From a virus (lineage: Duplodnaviria; Caudoviricetes): a stretch of DNA of 25,194 nt. How positions within the stretch are numbered: position 1 is the stretch's first letter; every line of letters starts with the position of its first letter. The position numbers were made by a program, and so were the translations under genes. The notes beneath the pieces were generated by a model. That model was given only the letters and a program-made list of their open reading frames with translations, had not been told where the DNA came from and did no database searches. The stretch covers positions 1 through 25,194 of IMG/VR virus record IMGVR_UViG_3300031758_000531. One strand, written 5' to 3'. Positions 17,869 to 25,194 of the stretch are shown here, one piece after another.

Positions 17869-18330
17869 TTATGATAAATATTCAATAAGTTGTGTTTCTT
17901 TAGATTTTGTTTTACTTAAAGTGAAATACTGAGATTTTTTTAGGTCGTCAAAGTAAATTGCATTTGCTATTTTTTTTATTTTTGATTTTAATATTAAAGA
18001 TTTAAAATCTAAATTTTTTTCATGTACAAATAAAGTTATCTCTAAATTTAAAAAACTTTTTTTATTTTTTTGAATTCCACTAGTCCTTAAATCTAAGTCT
18101 ACAATTTGTTTTCTTTCGAAAATTGTATGGTCTACGACTTCTAATAAAGTATGGAGAATTTGTCTTTTTATGGTTCCTGTAATTTTATTCCAATTACCTT
18201 CTTCGTTTTTTGGTTCCACCCAAGTTTGAATCACAATATAAATTGATTTTAGTTCTTTAGAGTCGACGGTGCCATATCGACAATTTGCATCATCAAAAAC
18301 ATTTAGTTTTGAAGTTTTTCCTTTTTTCAT
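17869..18330 (-). CDS. Hypothetical protein, 153 aa
   Basis: Clean ATG ORF preceded by a consensus promoter; no family recognised. Confidence 0.8.
   Translation of the reverse strand: MKKGKTSKLNVFDDANCRYGTVDSKELKSIYIVIQTWVEPKNEEGNWNKITGTIKRQILHTLLEVVDHTIFERKQIVDLDLRTSGIQKNKKSFLNLEITLFVHEKNLDFKSLILKSKIKKIANAIYFDDLKKSQYFTLSKTKSKETQLIEYLS
17874..17880 (-). promoter_or_regulatory. TATTTAT motif, candidate late promoter of the prohead protease gene
   Basis: gaaTATTTATcataa on the - strand, 13 nt before ATG 17860, within the last codons of the upstream gene. Confidence 0.45.
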
Positions 18331-18358
18331 TAATCATAACTTACAAGTTTATTTTTTA

Positions 18359-18390
18359 CAATTATATTAAAAAAAATAACAGTTGTCAAA
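18359..18390 (-). promoter_or_regulatory. Host-RNAP-type promoter (TTGACA-N17-TATAAT)
   Basis: The - strand reads tTTGACAactgttattttttttaaTATAATtg. This also fits the Bacteroidota pattern TTTG-N20-TAnnTTTG with one mismatch. Confidence 0.7.
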
Positions 18391-18408
18391 ATTTGAAAAA
18401 ATTACTAC

Positions 18409-18415
18409 TATTTAT
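18409..18415 (+). promoter_or_regulatory. TATTTAT motif, candidate late promoter of bS21
   Basis: tacTATTTATattgtaaacgaaaaaaaattATG, 20 nt before the start at 18436. Confidence 0.5.
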
Positions 18416-18435
18416 ATTGTAAACGAAAAAAAATT

Positions 18436-18624
18436 ATGATTATAATACAAGTAAAAAACGAAAAATCTATTGAGCAAGCACTTAAATCTTATAAATTTAA
18501 AGTGTATAAAACAAAACAAATACAAATTTTACAGGAACGTCAAGAATATAAAAAACCCTCCGTTAAACGAAGGGCTGAAATTAAAAAAGCTCAATACAAG
18601 CAAAAGAATCAGTTAGATTCTTGA
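18436..18624 (+). CDS. rpsU: Phage-encoded 30S ribosomal protein bS21, Bacteroidota-type
   Basis: 62 aa, MIIIQVK..SIEQALK.YK.K...ERQEYKKPSVKRR...KKAQY. It shows the bS21 IE.ALK and (Y/F)xKPS motifs and the Bacteroidota-type C-terminal KAxY. Confidence 0.9.
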   Translation: MIIIQVKNEKSIEQALKSYKFKVYKTKQIQILQERQEYKKPSVKRRAEIKKAQYKQKNQLDS

Positions 18625-18863
18625 TTTTTGTCTTTTTTTCCAAAAATCTTTTCAGTAGACGTAAGACCTAAACAACCAAAAGCTAACATAGCAACTGCAT
18701 TAACTAAAGTGTCAGAAGGCTTAATGTCTCCGTGTGAGTAACTGTTTACATACAAAGTAATACATAACGACACCCCACAAAGAATACCTACGAATCTTTT
18801 AGAAGACGCGTTACCATCACTGTCCATAAACAATCTACCTAGTGATTTAAAAAAATTTTTCAT
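18609..18863 (-). CDS. Small two-TM membrane protein, holin-like, 84 aa
   Basis: SSKRF followed by two hydrophobic helices and a charged C-terminus (EKIFGKKDK); ATGA overlap with the upstream gene. Confidence 0.6.
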   Translation of the reverse strand: MKNFFKSLGRLFMDSDGNASSKRFVGILCGVSLCITLYVNSYSHGDIKPSDTLVNAVAMLAFGCLGLTSTEKIFGKKDKNQESN

Positions 18864-19591
18864 AGTCCCAAACTTAATTTTTTTAGTTTATAATAATCAT
18901 AATGGTTACACTTTGCTTCCATTACTTTATTCATTGTTTTATCGATCGCACCTTTAAGTTCCTTGTCTGTTGATTCATTTATAGAAACTTTTAAGTTATC
19001 TAAAACAATTTTTTTAGTCTTTTCAAATTCCTCTTTTAATTGTTCACCGTTAAGTGACAATATATCGTTTAGTTCTTTTTTGTCAGATTCATTTAATCCA
19101 TCAAATTTTTTCTTCAAATTTGTATTTGCAACTTTTACCATTGATGATATTGGTAAATTTATATTTTCAGATACTACTTTATTTTTACTTTCAGAAATTA
19201 AAGTATTTTTTATTTTTCTTTTTGATTCTAAAACAGATTCTAAATTTTTAATACTATTATTATAGATAATATTATCAATCTCTTTATAATTATTTTCATT
19301 TGTTTTAGTCCACGAATCAACCCATTCCATTAAAAATTCTAAGTTTTCACTCTGTGTTTCTAATAGTACTTGTGAATATTCTATTGATTCATTAATGTAA
19401 TCGTCAACAATATCATTAGATAACCCTTTATTTTCTGAAAGGTCGTCATAGATAAAATAAATTTCACTAATGTCTTTATTTTCTAAGACTAATTTTTGAA
19501 ATCCATACATGAATTTTTTAAATTCAGGTTTTTTTGCTAACTCTGAGGACGCGTTTTCTATCTTTGTTTTAATATTACCAAAAGTGCTCAT
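18860..19591 (-). CDS. Hypothetical helical head-module protein, 243 aa
   Basis: Directly downstream of the portal gene; E/K/N-rich with many I/L-x-E sites. Confidence 0.8.
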   Translation of the reverse strand: MSTFGNIKTKIENASSELAKKPEFKKFMYGFQKLVLENKDISEIYFIYDDLSENKGLSNDIVDDYINESIEYSQVLLETQSENLEFLMEWVDSWTKTNENNYKEIDNIIYNNSIKNLESVLESKRKIKNTLISESKNKVVSENINLPISSMVKVANTNLKKKFDGLNESDKKELNDILSLNGEQLKEEFEKTKKIVLDNLKVSINESTDKELKGAIDKTMNKVMEAKCNHYDYYKLKKLSLGL

Positions 19592-19600
19592 AAAATATTT

Positions 19601-19612
19601 TATTTATAAATA
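19601..19612 (-). promoter_or_regulatory. TATTTAT motif within the palindrome TATTTATAAATA
   Basis: tgaTATTTATaaata on the - strand (19606-19612), 14 nt before ATG 19591. Confidence 0.45.
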
Positions 19613-21433
19613 TCACTTATCAATTAAATCTTTCAATTTTTTGTCAATTTGGTCAATGGTTATTCTACCTTTAGATAAATCAAAGTAGTCGGGACCGTTT
19701 AATAGTGTTTCTTCTAGTAATAAATCTAAATCTTTTCTAACTAACCTTTCAGTTGTAGGTGGTTCAGATCCTCCTCCCGCTGGTGGTTCAGGTGGTGGGG
19801 GTGGAGATGATGGTTCAGCACCTCCCGGTGGAGGTGGAGCACCTCCTTCAGCACCTCCTTCAGTTGGTGCCGTTTCGGTTCCTCCTGATTTTTGTACATA
19901 AAGATTGTCTAAGTTTGAGAATAACCCGGTTTTTGTAATTATTTCAGGTGTTTTCACTAACTCACCAGCAACCGCTCTTTCAATTCTTTGTTGTTGTATA
20001 TCTAATCTAATTTCTTCGTCTGAGAAACCTAAGATATGTTTTTTAGCCCAAGACGCGGATGTTGGTGAAATTGTATTAGCAATTTCTGTTACCGCTTCTT
20101 TATAAATGGCAAACTTTTCTTTCCATACCTCTAAATTTAATAATTCACCTTGTTTAGATGGATTATTTAATGATAATACAAAATTTGTTAATTCATCTTC
20201 AAAACCAAGTAAAAATAAATGAATAATAGCGATTTTATTTAACTCAGCTAACATTGATTTTTGAATTCTATTTATTGTTCTTGCAAATCTAATATCAAGT
20301 AAAGATAAATTTTTACCGTCACCTACCGCTTCCTCAAAACCTAAATACGCCTTTGGTATTCTTAAAGCGGTTACTAATTTCTTTTGAATATATTCAATAT
20401 CCGCAATCTCCGCCATGTTTGCGGCGCCTGCTAATGTTTCTATTGGGTTATTTGCAGTCGCATCTCTAACAGGAATAAAATAATCTTGGTCGACAGCCAT
20501 TTGATTATACCTCATGTCAACATTACCCGTTTTAGGATCAACAATTTGGTCTCTTTTAAATTTACTAGCAACTCTTTGTACATAAGCATCAACATCTTTA
20601 TCGTCCATATTACCAACAAAAACTTTAAAAACTCGTCTTTCAGGTGCTCTTGATAATCTGTAAATTAACATTGCATCTTCACATAAAAGTAATTGTTTCC
20701 AAATACGTCTAGCTTTTTCTAACATTGAAGTTCCATATGGTAGTTTTCTGTCATCACCTAAAATTCTAAAGTGAGCAATTTCCCAAGTGTTAAACTCCAT
20801 ATTTTTTTCTTTCCAAACAAATTTTAAAGCATCGTTTTCCATTTCCTGAGAGTATTTATCAGGTTGGAATCTCATACCTTTTTCTAATCTTTCAATTTGA
20901 ATGTTTGGTAACTGCTGGCATCCTACAACACCTTTTTCTGGATCTAATTTTAAGTAAATAAAATTATCTCCGAACTTACATGTGTTTCTTGTCCACATAG
21001 GTAAGTTAGTGTTTATATCCAACTTATTAACAAACAAATCAATTAAAACTTGTTTGATTCTTTTTGATTCTGAAAAAACTTTTAAAATATCACCATCTTG
21101 ATCTGGAGTTGTTGATTCCTCCGCATAAATGTCAAGAGCAGCTGATATTTCAGGTGTGTACTCCATAGATTCATAATCATAATATGAAGCCATTCTTGTC
21201 GGTTCATAATACACTGCTTGTTGATATAGATTACTTTCAACTTTTTGCCATTGTTTACCTATGTATAGTGTTTGCTGTGCTTCTAATTTTTCTGTTTCAA
21301 ACTCCTGTTTATTTTTAGTTTTTAGAAGTTCCTTTTTGTCAAATTTAAAAACCGGTGCTTGCTGATCTAAATTAGAGTCAGGCCCAAAAACCTTACCTAA
21401 TCTCTGCCAAACGGTTATCTTTTTTTCTGCCAT
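19613..21433 (-). CDS. Portal protein (T4 gp20-like), 606 aa
   Basis: Motifs PEISAALDIYAEE, EDAMLIYRLSRAPERRVFKVFVGNM, DYFIPVR, IETLAG, DIEYIQKKL..ALRIP and FARTINRIQ; Pro/Gly-rich C-terminal linker. Confidence 0.95.
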   Translation of the reverse strand: MAEKKITVWQRLGKVFGPDSNLDQQAPVFKFDKKELLKTKNKQEFETEKLEAQQTLYIGKQWQKVESNLYQQAVYYEPTRMASYYDYESMEYTPEISAALDIYAEESTTPDQDGDILKVFSESKRIKQVLIDLFVNKLDINTNLPMWTRNTCKFGDNFIYLKLDPEKGVVGCQQLPNIQIERLEKGMRFQPDKYSQEMENDALKFVWKEKNMEFNTWEIAHFRILGDDRKLPYGTSMLEKARRIWKQLLLCEDAMLIYRLSRAPERRVFKVFVGNMDDKDVDAYVQRVASKFKRDQIVDPKTGNVDMRYNQMAVDQDYFIPVRDATANNPIETLAGAANMAEIADIEYIQKKLVTALRIPKAYLGFEEAVGDGKNLSLLDIRFARTINRIQKSMLAELNKIAIIHLFLLGFEDELTNFVLSLNNPSKQGELLNLEVWKEKFAIYKEAVTEIANTISPTSASWAKKHILGFSDEEIRLDIQQQRIERAVAGELVKTPEIITKTGLFSNLDNLYVQKSGGTETAPTEGGAEGGAPPPPGGAEPSSPPPPPEPPAGGGSEPPTTERLVRKDLDLLLEETLLNGPDYFDLSKGRITIDQIDKKLKDLIDK

Positions 21434-21470
21434 AATTTTTTTATAAAAAAATAATACTAAATATTACAAA

Positions 21471-23243
21471 CTAAACTCTTTTAGGTCCGAATAACCATAA
21501 ATACTTTTCATAATCAGTTTTTGTTGGTTGATTATTATTATATTGAGATAAGTATGGGTCTATTGGTATTGAAGGGTTAAAGTCTATAGATGAGTTTTTA
21601 TATGTTTTAACATCTGTTGTCCACGATTCAATCATTGCCTTTGCTTGTTCTGTTGCTTTTTCTAATTTAGAAAAAGAAGTTTCAGCGACATATAAAGCCA
21701 TAGCCATCGCCATAATTAAATCGTCATGCTGACCTTTTTGGTGGTCGGGTTTACCGTTTATGTAAACAAAAGTATTTAATTCATTATAAAGTCTTTGAGA
21801 TCTAACTCCAAAATCATGTCTCAACGCTTCTTCAAACGCGGCCACTATTTGAACCCTTTTTGAATTAAAATTAATACCAGGTATTTTATCTTGTGCTTTT
21901 GGGTCCCATTTCCATTTATCTGCCGGGTTTACTCCATCAACATAAAGATTTTTATAACCAAGTTCCTGTAGTTTTCTTGATGTAGCAACACCCATCCCAC
22001 CGGTAATGTCAGTAACAATAAAGGCATTATACATTGTGGCCCATTTATACGCTATTTCAGCAACAACATCAGGTGGTACCTTTGCAATGTATTCTAAAAC
22101 TTGTTCTCTTTCATCAAAATCAATTATAATAAAAGTTGTAAAGTCTTCGCTATCACCTCTTGAAACATCCATACCCATAATATATTTATGACCTTCAACC
22201 GGCTCTTTCCATTGCCATAAAACGCCGCCCATAAATTTATTTTCAGGTTCTTTTAGTTGATTGTCTTTAATTGACTTCATTGTTTCAGGTGGAATTACGT
22301 TATCACCTGAACCCAAAAAGTTACACTCAAGTTCCTGAGAAATTTTTCTCCTATCAAACTTTAACTTTTTAGCCATGGCTTCAAACCACGAACTATAAGC
22401 CCTATAACCTTTTTCTAATTTTTGTTTGATACCTTCAAAATCTCTTTCTCTAACTTTTACTTCTGAATAATCTAGTGTTATTTCATTATCTTTATAATCG
22501 GCTCGATTTAACATGTAATGTACAATATCATTACACTTAATTAATTTTAAATCTTTAGAATATCTAGGGTCTCTCCACCAATACATTTCAGTGATTCTAA
22601 AGTCATTCATTCCTTTTATTGCTTGACTGTAAATAGAATAATAAATTGGATCAAAACCGTTTGGTGTTGATATCACAATAACTTTACCTCCTGTTGAAAG
22701 GGAAGCCATACATGCTGACCAAAAATCTTCGTCAGCATCAATATAAGCAGCCTCATCGAATATTAAGATTGTTGGGGTATACCCACGTAACGCATCTTTT
22801 GAAGTTGCAACCGCTTTTACTTCACACCCATTAGTCAATTTAAAGTGTCTTTGTGAGTTTTTTTCAGCAGAAAACCCAACACCCATCCATTTTGGCCATT
22901 GATCAACAAATGCCCTGACTTTATTTGCCATCTCAACCGCAGTGTCAAGTTTGTTCGCAATTATTAGAATTTTTTCAGGTTTTTCTTTTTTTGCAAATAC
23001 CAACCTTTTTGATGCCCAAGCAGATGTAACTGTTGATACTCCAGCCTGACGATATTTTAGTGCTATATTTTCATCACACTCATCGTAATCTTTTACCAAT
23101 GTTACTTGATCATTAAATAATTCTAACGGTACATACTTAGATTGTGTGTTGTCGTAAGTTTGTAAATAGGTTTTAAGTGCGTAAGGAGTATCGTTTACAC
23201 ATTTGGCATATTCTAAAAGAGCTTGTTCTCTTGATAAAGACAT
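21471..23243 (-). CDS. terL: Terminase large subunit (T4 gp17-like), 590 aa
   Basis: Q-motif LFNDQ, P-loop KYRQAGVST, ALRG, Walker B ILIFDEAA, motif III STPNG, and nuclease motifs GMDVSRG..D and HDDLIMA. Confidence 0.95.
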   Translation of the reverse strand: MSLSREQALLEYAKCVNDTPYALKTYLQTYDNTQSKYVPLELFNDQVTLVKDYDECDENIALKYRQAGVSTVTSAWASKRLVFAKKEKPEKILIIANKLDTAVEMANKVRAFVDQWPKWMGVGFSAEKNSQRHFKLTNGCEVKAVATSKDALRGYTPTILIFDEAAYIDADEDFWSACMASLSTGGKVIVISTPNGFDPIYYSIYSQAIKGMNDFRITEMYWWRDPRYSKDLKLIKCNDIVHYMLNRADYKDNEITLDYSEVKVRERDFEGIKQKLEKGYRAYSSWFEAMAKKLKFDRRKISQELECNFLGSGDNVIPPETMKSIKDNQLKEPENKFMGGVLWQWKEPVEGHKYIMGMDVSRGDSEDFTTFIIIDFDEREQVLEYIAKVPPDVVAEIAYKWATMYNAFIVTDITGGMGVATSRKLQELGYKNLYVDGVNPADKWKWDPKAQDKIPGINFNSKRVQIVAAFEEALRHDFGVRSQRLYNELNTFVYINGKPDHQKGQHDDLIMAMAMALYVAETSFSKLEKATEQAKAMIESWTTDVKTYKNSSIDFNPSIPIDPYLSQYNNNQPTKTDYEKYLWLFGPKRV

Positions 23244-23246
23244 TCA

Positions 23247-23834
23247 TTATCTTTTATAATTTTTAATCGCCGAAAGTAAATCTTTTTTAGTAGTCATAGG
23301 TGGTAAGTAATCCTTTATGATACTCATTATATTTTCTTCTAATTTTTTAACGTTTTCTTTAGATTCTTTTTTTTCAGGTAAACCTTTGTCTTTAGTTGAT
23401 GCGAAATCTTTAACTTGTTTTTTAGACATAGAGTCAACAACTTTCTCTACTTTTTTTCTATAACTTTTTGGGATGTCTTCTAAATCTTTTTCTCCCTTTT
23501 CAACTGAATATGCAGCACCCATCAGTCCTCTTTGTTTTTTTGAAACCGCCTTTTCTTTAATTTCTTTTTCACTAACAGATGCGGTATCTTTTGTTGGATC
23601 AAAAGTTATTTTATTTTTATCTGTGACATTTTTAGTTGCGTCAATAAATTTATTCTTGTCTTCTATATTTCCTAAATTGTAGACCTTAGTAATTTTACTT
23701 TCTTCTTCTTTTGTCTCTATTTTTTTTACTTTTTCATATAGTAGTCTTAACTGCTCTTCATTAAGACTTTCTAAAGTCTGAATTGAGAAACCTTCGTAAA
23801 GTAACCCAACTAAATTAGTATTCATATGTTTCAT
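23247..23834 (-). CDS. Hypothetical protein with a DUF3008-like segment, 195 aa (alternative start 23825)
   Basis: KAVSKKQRGLMGAAYSVEKGE...SMSKKQVKDFASTKDKGLPEK resembles DUF3008 (AKSKAQQ.A.GAAL..KRG...SM....L..FAST), recalled from memory. Confidence 0.65.
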   Translation of the reverse strand: MKHMNTNLVGLLYEGFSIQTLESLNEEQLRLLYEKVKKIETKEEESKITKVYNLGNIEDKNKFIDATKNVTDKNKITFDPTKDTASVSEKEIKEKAVSKKQRGLMGAAYSVEKGEKDLEDIPKSYRKKVEKVVDSMSKKQVKDFASTKDKGLPEKKESKENVKKLEENIMSIIKDYLPPMTTKKDLLSAIKNYKR

Positions 23835-24234
23835 CTTGTACTAAATTTTTTTCCCATTTTAATACGATATCTCGTTCATATAGTTTGTTTTCCACACTTT
23901 CAGTACTTTCACCATATCTGAAAAACAATCTTTTCTTTTTATTAATTAATATTTCTTCACTGTCTGATTTTTCAAAAGCCAAAGCAATAACTCCGTCGAT
24001 AGCATCATAAATGCCAAAATAATCAGAGTTTTGTATAAGCTCAAGCTCTATTTCAGAATTTTTTAATACCCCAACTTTTTTTATGTAACTTATATTTGGT
24101 GGTGAAGGTTTACCGGCTGCTGGTTCAGCATCCCATTCCTCTCCCCAAACATCATCCAAATCAGAAAATATAAATTCATATATGTTATCTCCTTTATAGT
24201 TTGGGCCTAACTCATTTACATAAACTAAATTCAT
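23815..24234 (-). CDS. Hypothetical acidic protein, 139 aa
   Basis: Clean ORF coupled to the upstream gene by an ATGA overlap. Confidence 0.8.
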   Translation of the reverse strand: MNLVYVNELGPNYKGDNIYEFIFSDLDDVWGEEWDAEPAAGKPSPPNISYIKKVGVLKNSEIELELIQNSDYFGIYDAIDGVIALAFEKSDSEEILINKKKRLFFRYGESTESVENKLYERDIVLKWEKNLVQDETYEY

Positions 24235-25193
24235 AGTACTTGTCCTCTACTTGTTACTCTAATCTGTTTTCCATTTTTAATAAAAACTAAATTTTCTTTG
24301 TTTGTTTTACCAACAAATTTAGCATTTTCATTAAAAAGTTTTAAAGAAACTTTCATTTGTTCTTTTGACTCTGATAAATTTCTTATCTCATTTTTTATTT
24401 CAATCTCCTTTAATTTTGTCTTCAAGAAGTTTTTTTGTTTTTTTTCTTCTGATAATTTTTTTTCTTCAGGTTCAAACTTAAAGTACTTTGACAATATGTT
24501 TTGTACTTTTGATTCAGAAACAGGTGGTGGTGGAGGTGGCATTTCATTCATACCAGATTCTTCATTAGACCCCATATTTTCATCACCAAGATCTAAATCT
24601 TCATCAGAAATATCAAAGTCCCCCTCACCTTCGACCCCATATTCATCAAAAGATTCCAATTTATCTAAAATATCATCTCTGTCCTCATCATCCAATTTTT
24701 TCAAATCGATTGCAGATATAATAGAGTTAATTACATATTTAATATCTTCAGATTTCATTTTTTCAAAACCTCTCAATCTTTGACTTAATCTTCCTGTAAG
24801 TTTTTGTATTGTTTTTAATCCAGTAGGACCTGCAGGTTGATCTTCACCCTCATCACCTATATTTGGTTGAGGTAATTCAGGTCCGTCAGATCCCATATCA
24901 CCCCCCATATCATCACTTGGTGGTGGTGTACCCATATCTCCTCCCATATCATCAGCAGGTGGAGGTGGAGTTCCCATATCTCCTCCCATATCATCAGCAG
25001 GTGGAGGTGGAGTTCCCATATCTCCTCCCATATCGGCACCCATATCATCAGCAGGTGGAGGTGGAGTTCCCATATCACCAGCTGGTGGAGGAGGTGTACC
25101 CATATCGCCGGCAGGTGGAGGTGGAGTTCCCATATCACCAGCAGGTGGTGTTGGTGCTGCAGGTGGTGGAGTTGCAGTATCTGCGGGTGGAGG
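24231..25193 (-). CDS. Pro/Gly/Asp/Met-rich low-complexity protein, 5'-truncated by the window
   Basis: The frame stays open past the listed ATG to the window edge (PPPADTATPPPAAPTPPAGDM...). A folded-looking segment IQKLTGRLSQRLR...IKYVINSIISAID follows the repeats. Confidence 0.85.
   Translation of the reverse strand, partial: PPPADTATPPPAAPTPPAGDMGTPPPPAGDMGTPPPPAGDMGTPPPPADDMGADMGGDMGTPPPPADDMGGDMGTPPPPADDMGGDMGTPPPSDDMGGDMGSDGPELPQPNIGDEGEDQPAGPTGLKTIQKLTGRLSQRLRGFEKMKSEDIKYVINSIISAIDLKKLDDEDRDDILDKLESFDEYGVEGEGDFDISDEDLDLGDENMGSNEESGMNEMPPPPPPVSESKVQNILSKYFKFEPEEKKLSEEKKQKNFLKTKLKEIEIKNEIRNLSESKEQMKVSLKLFNENAKFVGKTNKENLVFIKNGKQIRVTSRGQVL
24892..25150 (-). repeat. In-frame tandem repeats encoding DMGTPPPPA(G/D) and DMGG
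   Basis: 30-bp units (e.g. gcaggtggaggtggagttcccatatcacca), some extended by 12-bp DMGG units; about six PPP-containing copies. Confidence 0.9.
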
Positions 25194-25194
25194 A

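Noticed and set aside
13446-23243. Introns, inteins or homing endonucleases in TerL, portal or MCP
   Set aside because: All three ORFs are continuous, with no intein splice motifs or HNH/LAGLIDADG/GIY-YIG signatures seen.
4718-25138. Short antisense or alternate-frame ORFs in the track (e.g. 4718-4915, 6729-6932, 8229-8426, 8494-8769, 10531-10878, 13078-13284, 16898-17179, 24298-24783, 24857-25138)
   Set aside because: They lie within or opposite well-supported genes, have shadow-ORF composition and show no recognisable motifs.
24892-25150. Possible CRISPR array
   Set aside because: The units are contiguous in-frame coding repeats without unique spacers, and no cas genes are present.
1-25194. 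Genome-wide alternative genetic code (TAG or TGA recoded)
   Set aside because: Core genes are full length and densely packed in code 11, and both TAG and TGA end genes at plausible C-termini.

Overview
AT-rich, gene-dense segment of a large T4-like (myovirus-type, probably jumbo) phage genome, read in the standard genetic code. The host is most likely Bacteroidota (Flavobacteriales-like). The + strand arm (1-8404) holds the 3' part of a probable gp55-like late sigma factor, hypothetical virion genes, a gp5/VgrG-like baseplate spike and a protein with seven Cys-rich repeats. The - strand arm (8401-25194) is the head/packaging module: a Pro-rich repeat protein, TerL, portal, a holin-like protein, prohead protease, scaffold and major capsid protein. 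A ribosomal protein bS21 gene lies on the opposite strand inside this module. Directly downstream of the capsid terminator is a three-gene cassette: an S8 subtilase and a CUB/GEVED adhesin-like protein, both with Bacteroidota-type signal peptides and T9SS-CTD-like C-termini, followed by a multi-TM protein. A sense-strand TATTTAT motif precedes nine genes and is a candidate late promoter. All family calls come from motif recognition by eye; no database searches were run.
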